From Naegleria gruberi (taxonomy: Eukaryota), in NCBI GenBank assembly GCA_000004985.1, contig GG738895.1: a stretch of 64,000 bases of DNA; one strand, written 5' to 3'. Below the pieces are notes generated by a model. It did not search any database, had not been told where the DNA came from, and saw only the letters and a list, made by a program, of their open reading frames with translations. Shown piece by piece: positions 1-10,824 of the stretch (position 1 is the first letter of the stretch; the number at the start of each line of letters is the position of its first letter). A program made the position numbers and the translations under genes.

Positions 1-150
1 TTGATGATAGGAATGAAAAGCAACTATTGGCTCAATCTTCCAGTGCATAAATTATGAATACAGTAGATAAAGTAGCACTGTTAGGTAATTAAATCCAACG
101 ATATTGAATCAAATTCTATAAGACGATAATTATGAAAATTGCAAAATTCT

Positions 151-1704
151 TTAATTTTGTAATAATCCTTCCAAAATGGCAATGTAATGAACAATAGAAT
201 CCAAATACACATTTTCATCCAAATATTCGTTGTGGTCATGAAGCAAAACCTTGGTATTTGGCATGTAACTGTATCCGATCATGTTGACACCGGCAGCTCT
301 TGGGAACTAATAAAGAATTAATAAATATAATGCAAAATAACTTACTCTGGCATCAGTGGCAGCTGGGAAAATTCTCAATTCTGTCTTCATTCTTGAAGAG
401 ACAATATCTAAGAATTTCTTAACAGTTTCATCATTAAGATCAGCAACTGGATTGATCTTTGGTTGTTCAATAAACTTGATGGTACCATTAACAAAATCAG
501 CCCATGAACGAAGCATAATTTCAATTTCCTTCAAGTCAATATGTGGTGGAATTCTCATATCAAACAAGGCAGTAGCTGTTCTTGGAATAACATTAGGACT
601 AGAGAATTCTCCAGTTTCCTTGTTGGTATGTCCTGCTCTGAGACCTGTCAAATTGATAGTAATAACAGTACTACATTGTGTCTTTTCTCTTGGATTGTTG
701 GTTTGCAATCTCATTTGAACTTGTTGTTGTTCTCTGAATGGGAAAACCTTTTCATTGAGCAATTTGTAAATCTTTTCAGTGGCTGTTTGAGGAATGAATT
801 GAGAGCCGTGTCCAACATTACCTGTGGCAGTAATTTCAAACCAGTGAGCAACATTTTCACCATAATAAATTGGGATTATATCTTCATCCAATCCACTTGC
901 CAAACCTTCATCAATACCAAAACTAACATTCAATTCCTTCCACAATTCGTTTTGAATCAAACATTCCCATCCATCATCACCTCCAATTTCTTCATCAGCA
1001 ATAAAAACAACTTGAAGATTTCTCTCTGGTTTGAATCCAGATTCCACAAGAGCAACAAGAGCTTCCATGTAACCAGTTCCGATATTCTTCATATCTTGAG
1101 ATCCTCTCGAGTAAACTCTTCTGCCCTTTCCTGTATTTTCATCAACCATTGTTGCATCAAATGGTGGATACTTCCATTGATCCTTATCAACAGGAACTAC
1201 ATCAGTATGACTATTAATCATGATACTTCCCTTCGAAGCATCTCTTCCTTTCCATGTAAATATAAAACTTGGTTTAGCAGGATTGCAATGGAAAATATAA
1301 TACTTGAGAATGGAATTTTCTCCAGTCTTTAAATTAGCATTCACTTGCACTTCCTTGATCGGATCAGTACTATCATCAATATGGAAAACACTTCTTGTCC
1401 ATTTCAACAGAAAATCAATAGCAGTGGCATAATCAGGCTTTGGATGTTGAGTAGGTAATCTCAAATAGTCTTGGAATCGTTTCATGATATCATCACGAAG
1501 GCTTTGATCCGAGTAGATTTTACTCTTGTATTGATCGGCTAAAGTTGTTGTTGTTGTTGTTGGAATGTGGATATCTACAATGGGATCTGCATTAATTTGT
1601 TGTTGTTGTTGATCCGATCCAAATACAACATTGATGAACAATACACAACACAATACAATTATTAAAATTGATGGTGATGAATTGTAAAAATTAAATCTTT
1701 TCAT
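151..1704 (-). CDS. Aminoacylase-1-like metallopeptidase (peptidase M20 family), probably secreted; 2 exons (346..1704, 151..306)
   Basis: ORF 307..1704 (-) carries M20 motifs (SHTDVVPV, GSQDMKN, IADEEIGG) and a hydrophobic N-terminus. The frame is left at a GTAAGT donor (340..345). After a 39-nt intron (307..345, ending TTAG), exon 2 reads FPRAAGVNMIGYSYMPNTKVLLHDHNEYLDE...LLQN*, which matches the conserved ACY1 C-terminus. Confidence 0.85.
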
Positions 1705-2047
1705 TTTTTGTGGTTATATTATTTTTATTGATATAAATATTACAATCAATTGGGAAATGGAATATTCGATCATGTTTGAATAAAGAGGTATTGTATTTTA
1801 CATTAACATCGTAATAACCAAAAATTACTTAACCTGCTTGAAAGGATATGGATCTTTATTGGCAGGTCATTAGAATTCCAACAAAGTCTCAAATTGTAAA
1901 GCTTGTGGAAGAGATGATTTAAAGTAATTGAAATTTGTTTTGATGAAGACGGAATAACGAAATTTTTGCTTTAATGAACAAGAAATCAACAAGAAACGAA
2001 AAAGTTTGTCCTCTAGGTTGGGAATTCGGAAGTTTCGAATTAAAATA

Positions 2048-4021
2048 ATGGAATTACCAACCGAAAAAATGTCTCAACCAGATCTATCAACATTACCACC
2101 AAGACCTCACCATATCAAGATTCTAGGACCACCCTGTGATTGCAAACCAGTGAAACTAACCGTACTAAAACAAGTGGAAGAAAGTACAACAAATTTTGGA
2201 GCTTTCTACTACAAGTGCGCAACATGTCGATACTTTAAATGGGCAACAGATTCTGGTAATTCCATTGATTATGGTGACTTGTGGGCTCCATGTTGTCTTC
2301 TTCATCCCAACCGAAAGTGTAAATTATTGCAAATTGCAAGAAACAGCATTAATAGAGGAAAATTATTTTGGATTTGTGGAGTTTTGGATACTCCTTGTAC
2401 CCATTTTCAATTATTCGAAGGAAATATTGATGATTACAAAGAGTTTGTACCGAATTTTGATGAATCGTTATTGGAAAGTCAAGAACTAGAGAGTTCTCAA
2501 TCAAGTCAAATTGTAATGTCTCAGGCAAATTCAAGAAACATGATCGTTAGTCAATTACCAGAGGAAATCATGGCAGAAATTTTGAAATACTTGGACATGA
2601 TTCCTAATTGGGTGAAAATTATTGGAGTCTGTAAAGAATGGAAGAGAATGATTGATAATGTGATCGACCAGAAAGTGAATGATGGCTTAATTGAGCTTAA
2701 TCTTGGTTTTTTACATTCAAAAAGTCCATTTTGGTATTTTTGTGAAATTTTCAAAAGATTTTACAAAGTAAGAAAGATTACAATTTGTAACTTTGAATTG
2801 TATAGCGAATTAATGAGATTATTGGAATGGGTTGGTGTCGAAACTCTGGTATTATATAATTGCACAACCAAAATGTCCTGTAATCAGAAAGATCAAGTTG
2901 ATGACTCAGATAAGGTCTTAAATGAATGTTTTTCATTTAGGTCTAAATGCACTGAAATGTCATTCTTTCACATTCATGGAGAAACTCTATTATACAATTT
3001 CAATCATAATCATGTGGTACCTCATTTGAATGCTATTAATTCGGACATTTACTTTGAGTTTGTTAAAGAAATGGAAAGAAAAGTTGACATTACCCATAGA
3101 AGGCAGTTTCAAGAGTTGTCTCAGATTATTGCAATTAATTGCCCAGAGGATCTGAATTTTGTTTGGCTTAATGGTCCAGATGCTAGATCCTACCACAAAC
3201 ATGAGCAAGTAGACGCAAACTATGGAGATTTACTCGATTTACCTTTCGAACAAGAAGAATTGGAAAATATTGGAAAGTGTCATGTTAATGTGTATTCTCT
3301 GCCTACAGATATTGACGTTGGTTTTCTAAACCTATCTCTATTGGGACATCATAGAACACCAAAGATTTATGTGAAAAATGGAAAAAAGTACAGCTTTCCT
3401 ACCGTTGTTGATAATCAAGTAATTTCACATCCAGAAATTCAAAAGCAATTCATTCTAAACTGTGGAATTTCCAAGTATTTCAATGTTAACATGCTTGAGA
3501 TTGTCAACAAGGAACATTTCGATATTGCAGTAGAGAGTGGAATTGTACATTTTGAAAATGTTCACAAGCATGCATCCTTCAAAATATGTTTGGAAATATT
3601 GGCAAAGAATTTACTTGAAGATATACTTAAGGTTAATGGGAATGAAAGACTATTTTCCTTATGGAAAGGAACGTGTGTTTATAGACTTGTGTACTGGATA
3701 TACACTTTGCATTCGAAAGGTTTAGTCAAACCAATTCCTTCTTCAATTATTCAAATAGCCAAATCTATTGATTCAGAATGGAAGCAACGAAAACTTCTCT
3801 ACTCTCCTGTTTCAAAATTTTACGTAGATTATTCGAGAAATATTGGTGCTATTAGAGTTCCATTCTCATGGGAAGCTTTTGTTAATTATGGCGAATTGAG
3901 ATATCTTTTTGATGAATCATCTGAAAATTCAAATACAGAAATGGTGGAAAAGAATGCAAATAGAAGAACTTCCAATCAATTCGATTCTCTTAACCAACCA
4001 AAGAAGAGGAAACTAGAATAA
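2048..4021 (+). CDS. Protein with two GRF-type zinc fingers followed by an F-box-like motif; C-terminal two thirds unassigned
   Basis: First ATG of the 671-aa ORF is at 2048. CDCKPV...NFGAFYYKCATCRYFKW and CCLLHPNRKCKL...RGKLFWICG...CTHFQLF fit the zf-GRF pattern. LPEEIMAEILKYLD...CKEWKRMI fits an F-box. Confidence 0.6.
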   Translation: MELPTEKMSQPDLSTLPPRPHHIKILGPPCDCKPVKLTVLKQVEESTTNFGAFYYKCATCRYFKWATDSGNSIDYGDLWAPCCLLHPNRKCKLLQIARNSINRGKLFWICGVLDTPCTHFQLFEGNIDDYKEFVPNFDESLLESQELESSQSSQIVMSQANSRNMIVSQLPEEIMAEILKYLDMIPNWVKIIGVCKEWKRMIDNVIDQKVNDGLIELNLGFLHSKSPFWYFCEIFKRFYKVRKITICNFELYSELMRLLEWVGVETLVLYNCTTKMSCNQKDQVDDSDKVLNECFSFRSKCTEMSFFHIHGETLLYNFNHNHVVPHLNAINSDIYFEFVKEMERKVDITHRRQFQELSQIIAINCPEDLNFVWLNGPDARSYHKHEQVDANYGDLLDLPFEQEELENIGKCHVNVYSLPTDIDVGFLNLSLLGHHRTPKIYVKNGKKYSFPTVVDNQVISHPEIQKQFILNCGISKYFNVNMLEIVNKEHFDIAVESGIVHFENVHKHASFKICLEILAKNLLEDILKVNGNERLFSLWKGTCVYRLVYWIYTLHSKGLVKPIPSSIIQIAKSIDSEWKQRKLLYSPVSKFYVDYSRNIGAIRVPFSWEAFVNYGELRYLFDESSENSNTEMVEKNANRRTSNQFDSLNQPKKRKLE

Positions 4022-4223
4022 ACCGTAGACAAGTATTGTAAAATTGATAAAATCTATTCGTTAATCCAATACTGACAAGTAAATCCAAACTTGGACAAAT
4101 TGTTTGTATCATCATTACCATCCATCAAATGTCTTTACAGCTTCCAATTTGCCTTCCTTTTTCTACAGTTTTTTCCACACATTCAGTCAACCAGATCAGA
4201 ACCGTTCATCTCACTCAAAAAAA

Positions 4224-4799
4224 ATGAAACCATTCTTCGCCCTTCTCATTCTCCTCCTCATCCAACAACTTGTTTCCTGCCAATCCATCACCAAACAAAC
4301 CTATTACACTGAAGTCAATTGTGTTGGTGATATTTACACGACCATGTTCCTCGATAGTGGTTCAGCTTGCACATCGAAAGGATCAACTACTTGTAATGTG
4401 ATTACAATTTCTGGTCGTCAAGTTTACTTTACACAGGAATGTACCTCTGAAGTTCCACCTACACCAACCACTTTCACTGATGTCATTGCTTACACATACA
4501 AGAATGGTTCTTCTTGTAATGGGCAACTGAGATCTGCACAGGTCATTCCAATGGGAAAATGCATTATCGAATATGGTACCACTTATTATGCTTATTATGA
4601 TGCAACTGGATTCAAGACTTATTATTATGATAATGCTTGCAAAAGCAAAATGTTCACCACATCATTGTTTTTGAATACTTGTTTGAATGGTAATGTAAAG
4701 TACTCTTCTTTGGGAGGAAGAAATGCAGCCTCTTTGGAAACAAGTGCATCTTTGGGTGTGATTGTGCTAAGTGTATTGTTTAGTTTGGTTTCTTTCTAG
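4224..4799 (+). CDS. Small secreted Cys-rich protein with a hydrophobic C-terminal tail (GPI-anchor-like)
   Basis: ATG at 4224 is preceded by an A-tract. MKPFFALLILLLIQQLVSC looks like a signal peptide. The protein has multiple Cys and a C-terminal SASLGVIVLSVLFSLVSF. No family was recognised. Confidence 0.5.
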   Translation: MKPFFALLILLLIQQLVSCQSITKQTYYTEVNCVGDIYTTMFLDSGSACTSKGSTTCNVITISGRQVYFTQECTSEVPPTPTTFTDVIAYTYKNGSSCNGQLRSAQVIPMGKCIIEYGTTYYAYYDATGFKTYYYDNACKSKMFTTSLFLNTCLNGNVKYSSLGGRNAASLETSASLGVIVLSVLFSLVSF

Positions 4800-4866
4800 T
4801 TAGTTTAATAAAACTAAATATTTCCAAATATGAGCTCTTTGAAATTCATAAAAACAACAAAAAAAA

Positions 4867-5444
4867 ATGTCTCAACAATCACAACAAGATTCATCATGGT
4901 TGGACTCTATGTTTATGGATCCTTTTTTAGGTGAGTATCAAAGGCTACCATTATTTACTGATTATCATCATCATTCCATAATTTTCGGAATTTGTTTAAA
5001 TTTCTATGATCACAACTTGTATTCGGAATTCATGATTTGAAAAACAAAATATGATTGATATTATTTGTAGGCTGTGCATATGAACCTGAAACTTCAATTG
5101 AAAACAAACCACCTCCAAGAAAATTACCACCTCTCAATGAACCAAATCAAAAGCCTCATCTTTCCATCTCTCACACCAATGAAGTGGTGAATATTTACTT
5201 TGATTTTAATGATACTGAGTGGACTAAACATGATGTTCATATTGATATTGATGATTTACATCACATCTTGTCCATTTCAAATATTAACAAGGCTAAACCA
5301 AGCTTTCAACGAAAACTTCATCTTCCTAAATATTTGAATACTAAAGAATCAAAGGCTAAATTTGCTGATGGATTTGTTGTCATTACATTCAAGAAGACTA
5401 TCAACTTGGAGCAGGCAACACCTAGAAAGGTTCCTTTGGAATAA
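4867..5444 (+). CDS. Small heat-shock protein-like (alpha-crystallin/HSP20 domain); 2 exons (4867..4930, 5071..5444)
   Basis: The A-tract+ATG at 4867 opens MSQQSQQDSSWLDSMFMDPFL, which ends at a GTGAGT donor (4931). The acceptor TTTGTAG ends at 5070 and joins in frame to ORF 5055..5444. The C-terminal FQRKLHLPKYLNTKESKAKFADGFVVITFKK matches the ACD pattern F.R...LP......A.f.dGvL.i..pK. Confidence 0.6.
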
Positions 5445-5566
5445 TTGTAAATCTTTCTTTTTGTAAATATTAAATTATAATTTATACAATAATTGTAACA
5501 CAACATATTAGACTGACAAGAGTAATTGAGAGTAGCTCATTAACATGATAAAACAAGCAAAAAAAA

Positions 5567-6871
5567 ATGTCTCTAAAAGAACTTTATCCTGACCTTCTGA
5601 TAGATCAAGTTCTTCCCTTTCTCCCTGCGAGGTTCATACTAGATTATAAAATGGCTCCGATCTGGTTTAAAATTCTACCAGATGATTATCAACGCATCCT
5701 AACACAACGATCAAATGATTGGCTATTTACTAAAAGGTATGAAAAGCAGAAATCAAGTGTAGTGGATATTCTGTTGAAAATCATTATCAAATACAAGTCT
5801 GAATGCTATGGAAAATTTGAAAATATTGTCCCAACTGAATTTGGTTATCTTGTTGATAAATTGGAGGAAGGGAAGAGTAAGAATTACAAATCGATCAGGG
5901 AAGAACTAACATTCAGAGATGTGCAATTTATATTCGAGTTTGTGAGTCGATATAATTTCATATATTTGGGGTCCAAGTTTAATAGTATTATGAATAAGAG
6001 TACAGAACCTTTCGAGTTTAGCTGGGTTTATGCTCTTGATCCCTATTACCAAACTAATCAACAATTATTATTGAGAAGATTCAGAAAAAGTTACGATCCT
6101 TTAAGATATATCCACACAGATCTGAACTCGATTGAAGGATGTAAACGAATTCGAGGTCAATTCTATTTCAAGAATGGACACTATTGTTGCGAGCTTTACC
6201 ATGAATTATTCGTTAACATTGAAAAATTGGACAAGATTGAAGTTGACGCCACTTGGTCACTAATAATTTTGCATTCCTTGTCGTTTGATGACCTACATCC
6301 TGTCACTGACGAATACTTTTTGCAGAGATTCTTTTTACCTGTCATTGAATCTCGTCTGGTTTTCCAAAGTGAACGAGATCCCACGCCAACTTGTACCTTC
6401 GGTTCTGATAATGCTATATATTCACGTTTCAATGTTTCACTAATTCCCTCTCAAAACAAAATGGAAGTAGATGCCAAGATCAATAGACAGACTCTATCAA
6501 CCTTATTTTACATTGCTGTATGGTCTTTATTAATCTATTTTAAGCTGCTTTGGCCATTCAGTGATTATTTTGTTTTTCAACCTTACTTTGGAGAAAACCC
6601 ATTCCATTGGAAATCAATACTATTTATTATTTCAGATTTTTTTATACCAATCTATCCGGATTTTTTTATTCTAATCTATCTTATGAGAAGTATTCTTGTT
6701 TATTATTGGGGATTTTGGACAATTCATCATATTACCATATTGGAAACTCTGGTATTCATGTTCTTGTTCTCTGAACTCTGCAATTACATTACAATGTACT
6801 ATTTGCAACACGGAGCTGAGACACATCATGTTAGAACAATACCATGGATAAGGAAGAAAAAGAAGAATTAA
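5567..6871 (+). CDS. Hypothetical protein: F-box-like N-terminus plus C-terminal multi-pass membrane region
   Basis: 434-aa ORF with A-tract+ATG. The N-terminus reads LLIDQVLPFLPARFILDYKM. The last ~130 aa contain several long hydrophobic segments (LSTLFYIAVWSLLIYFKLLW, ILFIISDFFIPIY, ILVYYWGFWTIHHITILETLVFMFLF). Confidence 0.55.
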   Translation: MSLKELYPDLLIDQVLPFLPARFILDYKMAPIWFKILPDDYQRILTQRSNDWLFTKRYEKQKSSVVDILLKIIIKYKSECYGKFENIVPTEFGYLVDKLEEGKSKNYKSIREELTFRDVQFIFEFVSRYNFIYLGSKFNSIMNKSTEPFEFSWVYALDPYYQTNQQLLLRRFRKSYDPLRYIHTDLNSIEGCKRIRGQFYFKNGHYCCELYHELFVNIEKLDKIEVDATWSLIILHSLSFDDLHPVTDEYFLQRFFLPVIESRLVFQSERDPTPTCTFGSDNAIYSRFNVSLIPSQNKMEVDAKINRQTLSTLFYIAVWSLLIYFKLLWPFSDYFVFQPYFGENPFHWKSILFIISDFFIPIYPDFFILIYLMRSILVYYWGFWTIHHITILETLVFMFLFSELCNYITMYYLQHGAETHHVRTIPWIRKKKKN

Positions 6872-7021
6872 ACTCAAAGAAGATTCCACTCCCCTCACAT
6901 CAAAGATTGAACCCTTAATCCAGCTTCCTAAACACTTGATACAAAGATGGATGCCCAAATTCTTGCTCTATTATTAGGACAAATAAAAAAGGCGCGAAAC
7001 TTAATTTAACAGCAAAAAAAA

Positions 7022-8320
7022 ATGCCTCCCCATTCTTCCCTCTTTCAAACAATCCAGTCACATTCCGATGAAACTCTTCGGAACAGAAGTACCACCAGAA
7101 AAACAACAACATCTCGGGAAAGGGAAAGTAGGAAGTGTCCACTTTGTATGAGATCACGTCTAGGGAGTTCATCTGAAGGTTGTGTTCATGCAAAGGCTTT
7201 GATTCAGAAAACTAATCTAAAGGCTCCATTCATAGGTTTACATAATAGTAGGCTATTAGATAGATGCCCTACCTCTAGTGTTAAATTTCCAGAGTTTAAG
7301 GCTTTAATTGAAAAGACAATCGAAGAGTTTACAGACTTGGTTCCAGCCAATGATTTTACAATCGATAAGAAGCCTTATAGAGAAATGCTTAATAGGCACT
7401 TTTATCAAAAGATTAATGATTTGGCTATTATCAGAGGAATATTTCCAAGAGATTCAAATGATAAGCAATCATGGAGTGATGATGCAATTGAATATGATGA
7501 CGAAAATGATGAAATTACTATTGTAAATAAGAACAATACCAGAATTGACCAACCATCAATCCCTCCTGCTAGACCTTTAAATCAACAATCACCATCCAAC
7601 ACACAAGCAATCATTCCAACCAAACAACCAAAGATCAAACCTGCCAGCAAACCGAAAACACCTAAGCAAACCACTGTAACACCACCCCTTACAACACCTG
7701 TTTCATTCACCAATACGCAACCAAAATCCCAACCATCCATAACAACCCCAAGCAATTGTACAAAGCAATTAATCCTAGATGTAGATAGTCCAATCATAAC
7801 AACACCAAAGATAACATATCCAACAATCAAGCCAGAGAAAGTCCTAACAACAACTCAATCCACTCCAAATCTAAAGAAATCTGATGATTCATTCCTCAAA
7901 CCATCCCCCATTAGTCCCGTTTCTGTAAGAAAGACTCCCACCATAACAACACCTGCCAGAAGGTCTTCTATCCCTTCCACTAAACAACCAACGTATCTTC
8001 CAAGTACTCCTCAAAAGATTCAAAAGCAAAAGATAATGCTCAAGAACAATAGAACTAAAAAGAGAGAATTAATGATGCTCTCCCAATCTGATTTTAATTC
8101 TCTACAATCTCTGGGTGAAGCACTTGTCCAAAACTGGGAAGAAAAACCACCAATCAACCAAATCAAATTTAAATACCCAGAGAATGGTAAGAAAATTCAT
8201 GTCAATACTACCGGGCTTGAAGTTATAAAGGACATGTTTGGAAAGTATGACTTGTTAGAATTTTCAATTGGTAAGAAACAAAGATACCTCACAACTCCCA
8301 ATAAAGTTCACAATATGTAA
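7022..8320 (+). CDS. Hypothetical Pro/Thr/Ser/Lys-rich protein
   Basis: 432-aa ORF with A-tract+ATG and a low-complexity central region (PKIKPASKPKTPKQTTVTPPLTTP...). No domain was recognised. Confidence 0.45.
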   Translation: MPPHSSLFQTIQSHSDETLRNRSTTRKTTTSRERESRKCPLCMRSRLGSSSEGCVHAKALIQKTNLKAPFIGLHNSRLLDRCPTSSVKFPEFKALIEKTIEEFTDLVPANDFTIDKKPYREMLNRHFYQKINDLAIIRGIFPRDSNDKQSWSDDAIEYDDENDEITIVNKNNTRIDQPSIPPARPLNQQSPSNTQAIIPTKQPKIKPASKPKTPKQTTVTPPLTTPVSFTNTQPKSQPSITTPSNCTKQLILDVDSPIITTPKITYPTIKPEKVLTTTQSTPNLKKSDDSFLKPSPISPVSVRKTPTITTPARRSSIPSTKQPTYLPSTPQKIQKQKIMLKNNRTKKRELMMLSQSDFNSLQSLGEALVQNWEEKPPINQIKFKYPENGKKIHVNTTGLEVIKDMFGKYDLLEFSIGKKQRYLTTPNKVHNM

Positions 8321-9030
8321 AACTGTCAACAACACTCTTGAAAATCGAGCTCAGACGAGACCAAGCAAACAAAAGAATTGGGCAAGCAAACAGAAGAAAC
8401 GTAATCATACACCCACCTCCCTTTTATGTGCACATAAAAGTAAGTCTGTATTACCAAATAAGAACAATAAATGCATGCTTAGTATACATAGGGACATCCA
8501 TTTGTGCAGCCTTATTCCCTGTATAGTCTTTGAGTATATTATATTCGTATCTAGTTTGTTGTTGACAGTAAACAAAATTTGCATCGTCTTTCGCTTGCAA
8601 AGAAAACTCGGTAAAACATACAACAAAAAAACAAACATTCCACTACAACATGTCGTGCTCTCACTAATTACTACTCCTCTACTAATAATATCGGTACCAA
8701 CACATCCATAGCGAAACATTGTGTTTTTCTGATTCAACAATAGCACACACAATAAATATTGCGCAGCAGCATCATTGGCCATTAATCTCCTTACTACTTT
8801 TTACTACTTTTTTGAAGCGAACTTTTTTAAAGCAGTATTATTAATAGGTTTTTTCTAGGAACAATGCCTGGGAAATTTCAGCAATGCCCAACAACAATAA
8901 GAAATGGAATATTGTAGGTGAGGTGAAATGGGATAATCTACCAACAAACAAGTAAAAAAAGAGAAAGCTCAACAGCAAGAAGAAAACTAAAGCCAACAAG
9001 AAATCAAAATCAAAAGTTTAGCAAACAAGA

Positions 9031-9702
9031 ATGCATGTCGTTGGTGACCATCAACAAACAGCACAAACACATGCCATGGAAGGAAACAACATGTTAGTAA
9101 TGCAACAACATGCACCAATGTTGCAACATGCAAGTGACATGTCTTTGATGCATCATCCTGACATGCATGAATGTGATTCGAACAGTAATGCATCACATGC
9201 AACTAGTATTTCTTCTCAACATGGACTCAATAGAAAACAGCAGCATGGAAAAACACCAATGAAATTTGTAGATGAAACAGTGAATGTAAGGAAGAAAATC
9301 AAAAAGAAACAAGACGAAAGCTGTTTTAAACGATCAAAATTGAGAAAATCACTCAGTAACGAAACATTCTTGGAAAATTACTTTGAATATGATAATATCA
9401 ATGGAACTAATCAATTGAAAAAATTCAAATTAATTGAATGTTCCCAGAGCAAAATTGTTACATCTGAAATAATCCCAAATTCTAATGTACATTCAATGCA
9501 TGTCAAGACATCTGAAAGCAAAACACTTGATGATGGTTCTACTTCTCACCATGTTGGATGTTCTCAAGCTCATGCACCTGTTAGCAACTCAAATGTATTG
9601 GAAAGTGAGCAAAATAACGAGTCAAATGATAACACTAATCTTCTCTTAGCACTGCTTTATGTACTGACCGCAGATTCTCAAACTCAAAATGTCTCAATTT
9701 GA
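9031..9702 (+). CDS. Hypothetical His/Met/Gln-rich protein
   Basis: 223-aa ORF starting at an ATG. No domain was recognised. It is kept only because it is the sole long ORF in this interval. Confidence 0.35.
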   Translation: MHVVGDHQQTAQTHAMEGNNMLVMQQHAPMLQHASDMSLMHHPDMHECDSNSNASHATSISSQHGLNRKQQHGKTPMKFVDETVNVRKKIKKKQDESCFKRSKLRKSLSNETFLENYFEYDNINGTNQLKKFKLIECSQSKIVTSEIIPNSNVHSMHVKTSESKTLDDGSTSHHVGCSQAHAPVSNSNVLESEQNNESNDNTNLLLALLYVLTADSQTQNVSI

Positions 9703-10080
9703 GTTTTACAATTATTCGAAAGAAGCGAATTAATTTTTTTGGACAAAATCATATTTAGAATTTTTGTCAACTGTTACTCAATAGTTCTAACTTGTTGTAA
9801 AATTACAATAGTAGCCATTAACTGTTCAATTTTTTCATAACATGATAACAGCCTTTTTCAGTAAAGGAATCGATTCTATCAATATTTTTACATTATGCTT
9901 CATTGGTTGGAATTTATCTGACTCGCTCTTTGCTACTAGATATTTCATTGTTTTTGGACCAATATGTATCAAAGTCTATCTAATGAATAATTGAAAGTCT
10001 CGGTAATCCATTTGGTAGTTTTGCATGAATGGAACAACTATTGTTAACACAAATATATTCCACGGAAAAAAAGATAAAAA

Positions 10081-10198
10081 GACTACAGCACCACAGGTTC
10101 CCAAGTTGTCTCCAACCTCAGTACTGATGTGGCTCGACGATGCTTAACTTCTCAAATCGGACGGGATGAGGTGCATTCATCGTGATATGGCCGTAGCC
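10081..10198 (-). rRNA. 5S ribosomal RNA
   Basis: The reverse complement reads GGCTACGGCCATATCACGATGAATGCACCTCATCCCGTCCGATTTGAGAAGTTAAGCATCGTCGAGCCACATCAGTACTGAGGTTGGAGACAACTTGGGAACCTGTGGTGCTGTAGTC. This aligns with the universal eukaryotic 5S layout. Helix I 5' GGCUACGGC pairs with 3' GCUGUAGUC. The gene is followed immediately by TTTTT. Confidence 0.9.
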
Positions 10199-10409
10199 AT
10201 CAATAATATAAATTCTTAGTATTTAATCAGCTTCACAAATTGTGATGATGATATAGAGTAACAGTGGATTACTAAGTATCAACTAGAACAAGACCTCTAA
10301 GATATAGAACTCATAAACTACTATCAAAAAAGAATAAAAGAAGATTGGAAATTTGAAATCACATTATACAAAAATCCACACCTAAGGATGATTGTCCTCG
10401 TAACGTTTC

Positions 10410-10475
10410 AATTATTATTTTGGACGGGAAGCCTGCCAGGAATATGGCGACAATCCCGCTACAGTCTTTGACTGT
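10410..10475 (+). ncRNA. Candidate structured RNA segment: Sm-like site followed by two hairpins (identity unassigned)
   Basis: AAUUAUUAUUUUGG lies at 10410..10423. A nested hairpin follows: CGGGA (10425-29)/UCCCG (10454-58), with inner UGCCA (10434-38)/UGGCG (10445-49). A perfect 6-bp hairpin ACAGUC-UUU-GACUGU follows at 10461..10475. The segment is locally GC-richer than flanking intergenic DNA. No known snRNA 5' motif was found upstream. Confidence 0.25.
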
Positions 10476-10824
10476 ATGAACAGTGAAGGCAACGAAGACA
10501 GAATCTTGTTGGTTCAGTAAGGTTTGTTAAAGAAATTGACAGAGTTGGATCACCTTCTATTTATTGCACATTATCGAAGCTAAATTGATGGATGCAAATT
10601 TTGGTACCATATTTTCTTTATCAATTCAAAATTGAAACTTCATCTATATATTTACTTACTGATAAATCTCTTTTAAATTGAATTTTTCAAAGATTCTGAG
10701 TAATGGCAGGTTATGAATCTACTAATATCCAAACTCCTTCGAGTTCTAGCGTTTACTGGAACAGTAACATATCGAAGAAAATTCTTCCTCACAAAATAGA
10801 TTCCAAATTAAATCATAAAAAATA

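Noticed and set aside
356-1332. Plus-strand ORFs 356..718 and 541..1332, antisense to the aminoacylase gene
   Set aside because: They lie fully inside a well-supported minus-strand M20 peptidase CDS. Their translations are low-complexity and stop-poor only because of AT-rich codon mirroring. No motif or start context supports them.
8572-8584. 13-mer CAAAATTTGCATC (contains the octamer ATTTGCAT), shared with the reverse strand near 10596 beside the candidate ncRNA
   Set aside because: In 128 kb of AT-rich double-stranded sequence, many 13-mer coincidences are expected. There is no further flanking similarity.
8268-8782. Overlapping ORFs 8268..8711 (+), 8338..8526 (+) and 8405..8782 (-) in the 7022/9031 intergenic interval
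   Set aside because: They are mutually exclusive, lack an A-tract start and have no recognisable domain or hydrophobic pattern. I cannot support any of them as a gene. The interval may still hold something unrecognised.
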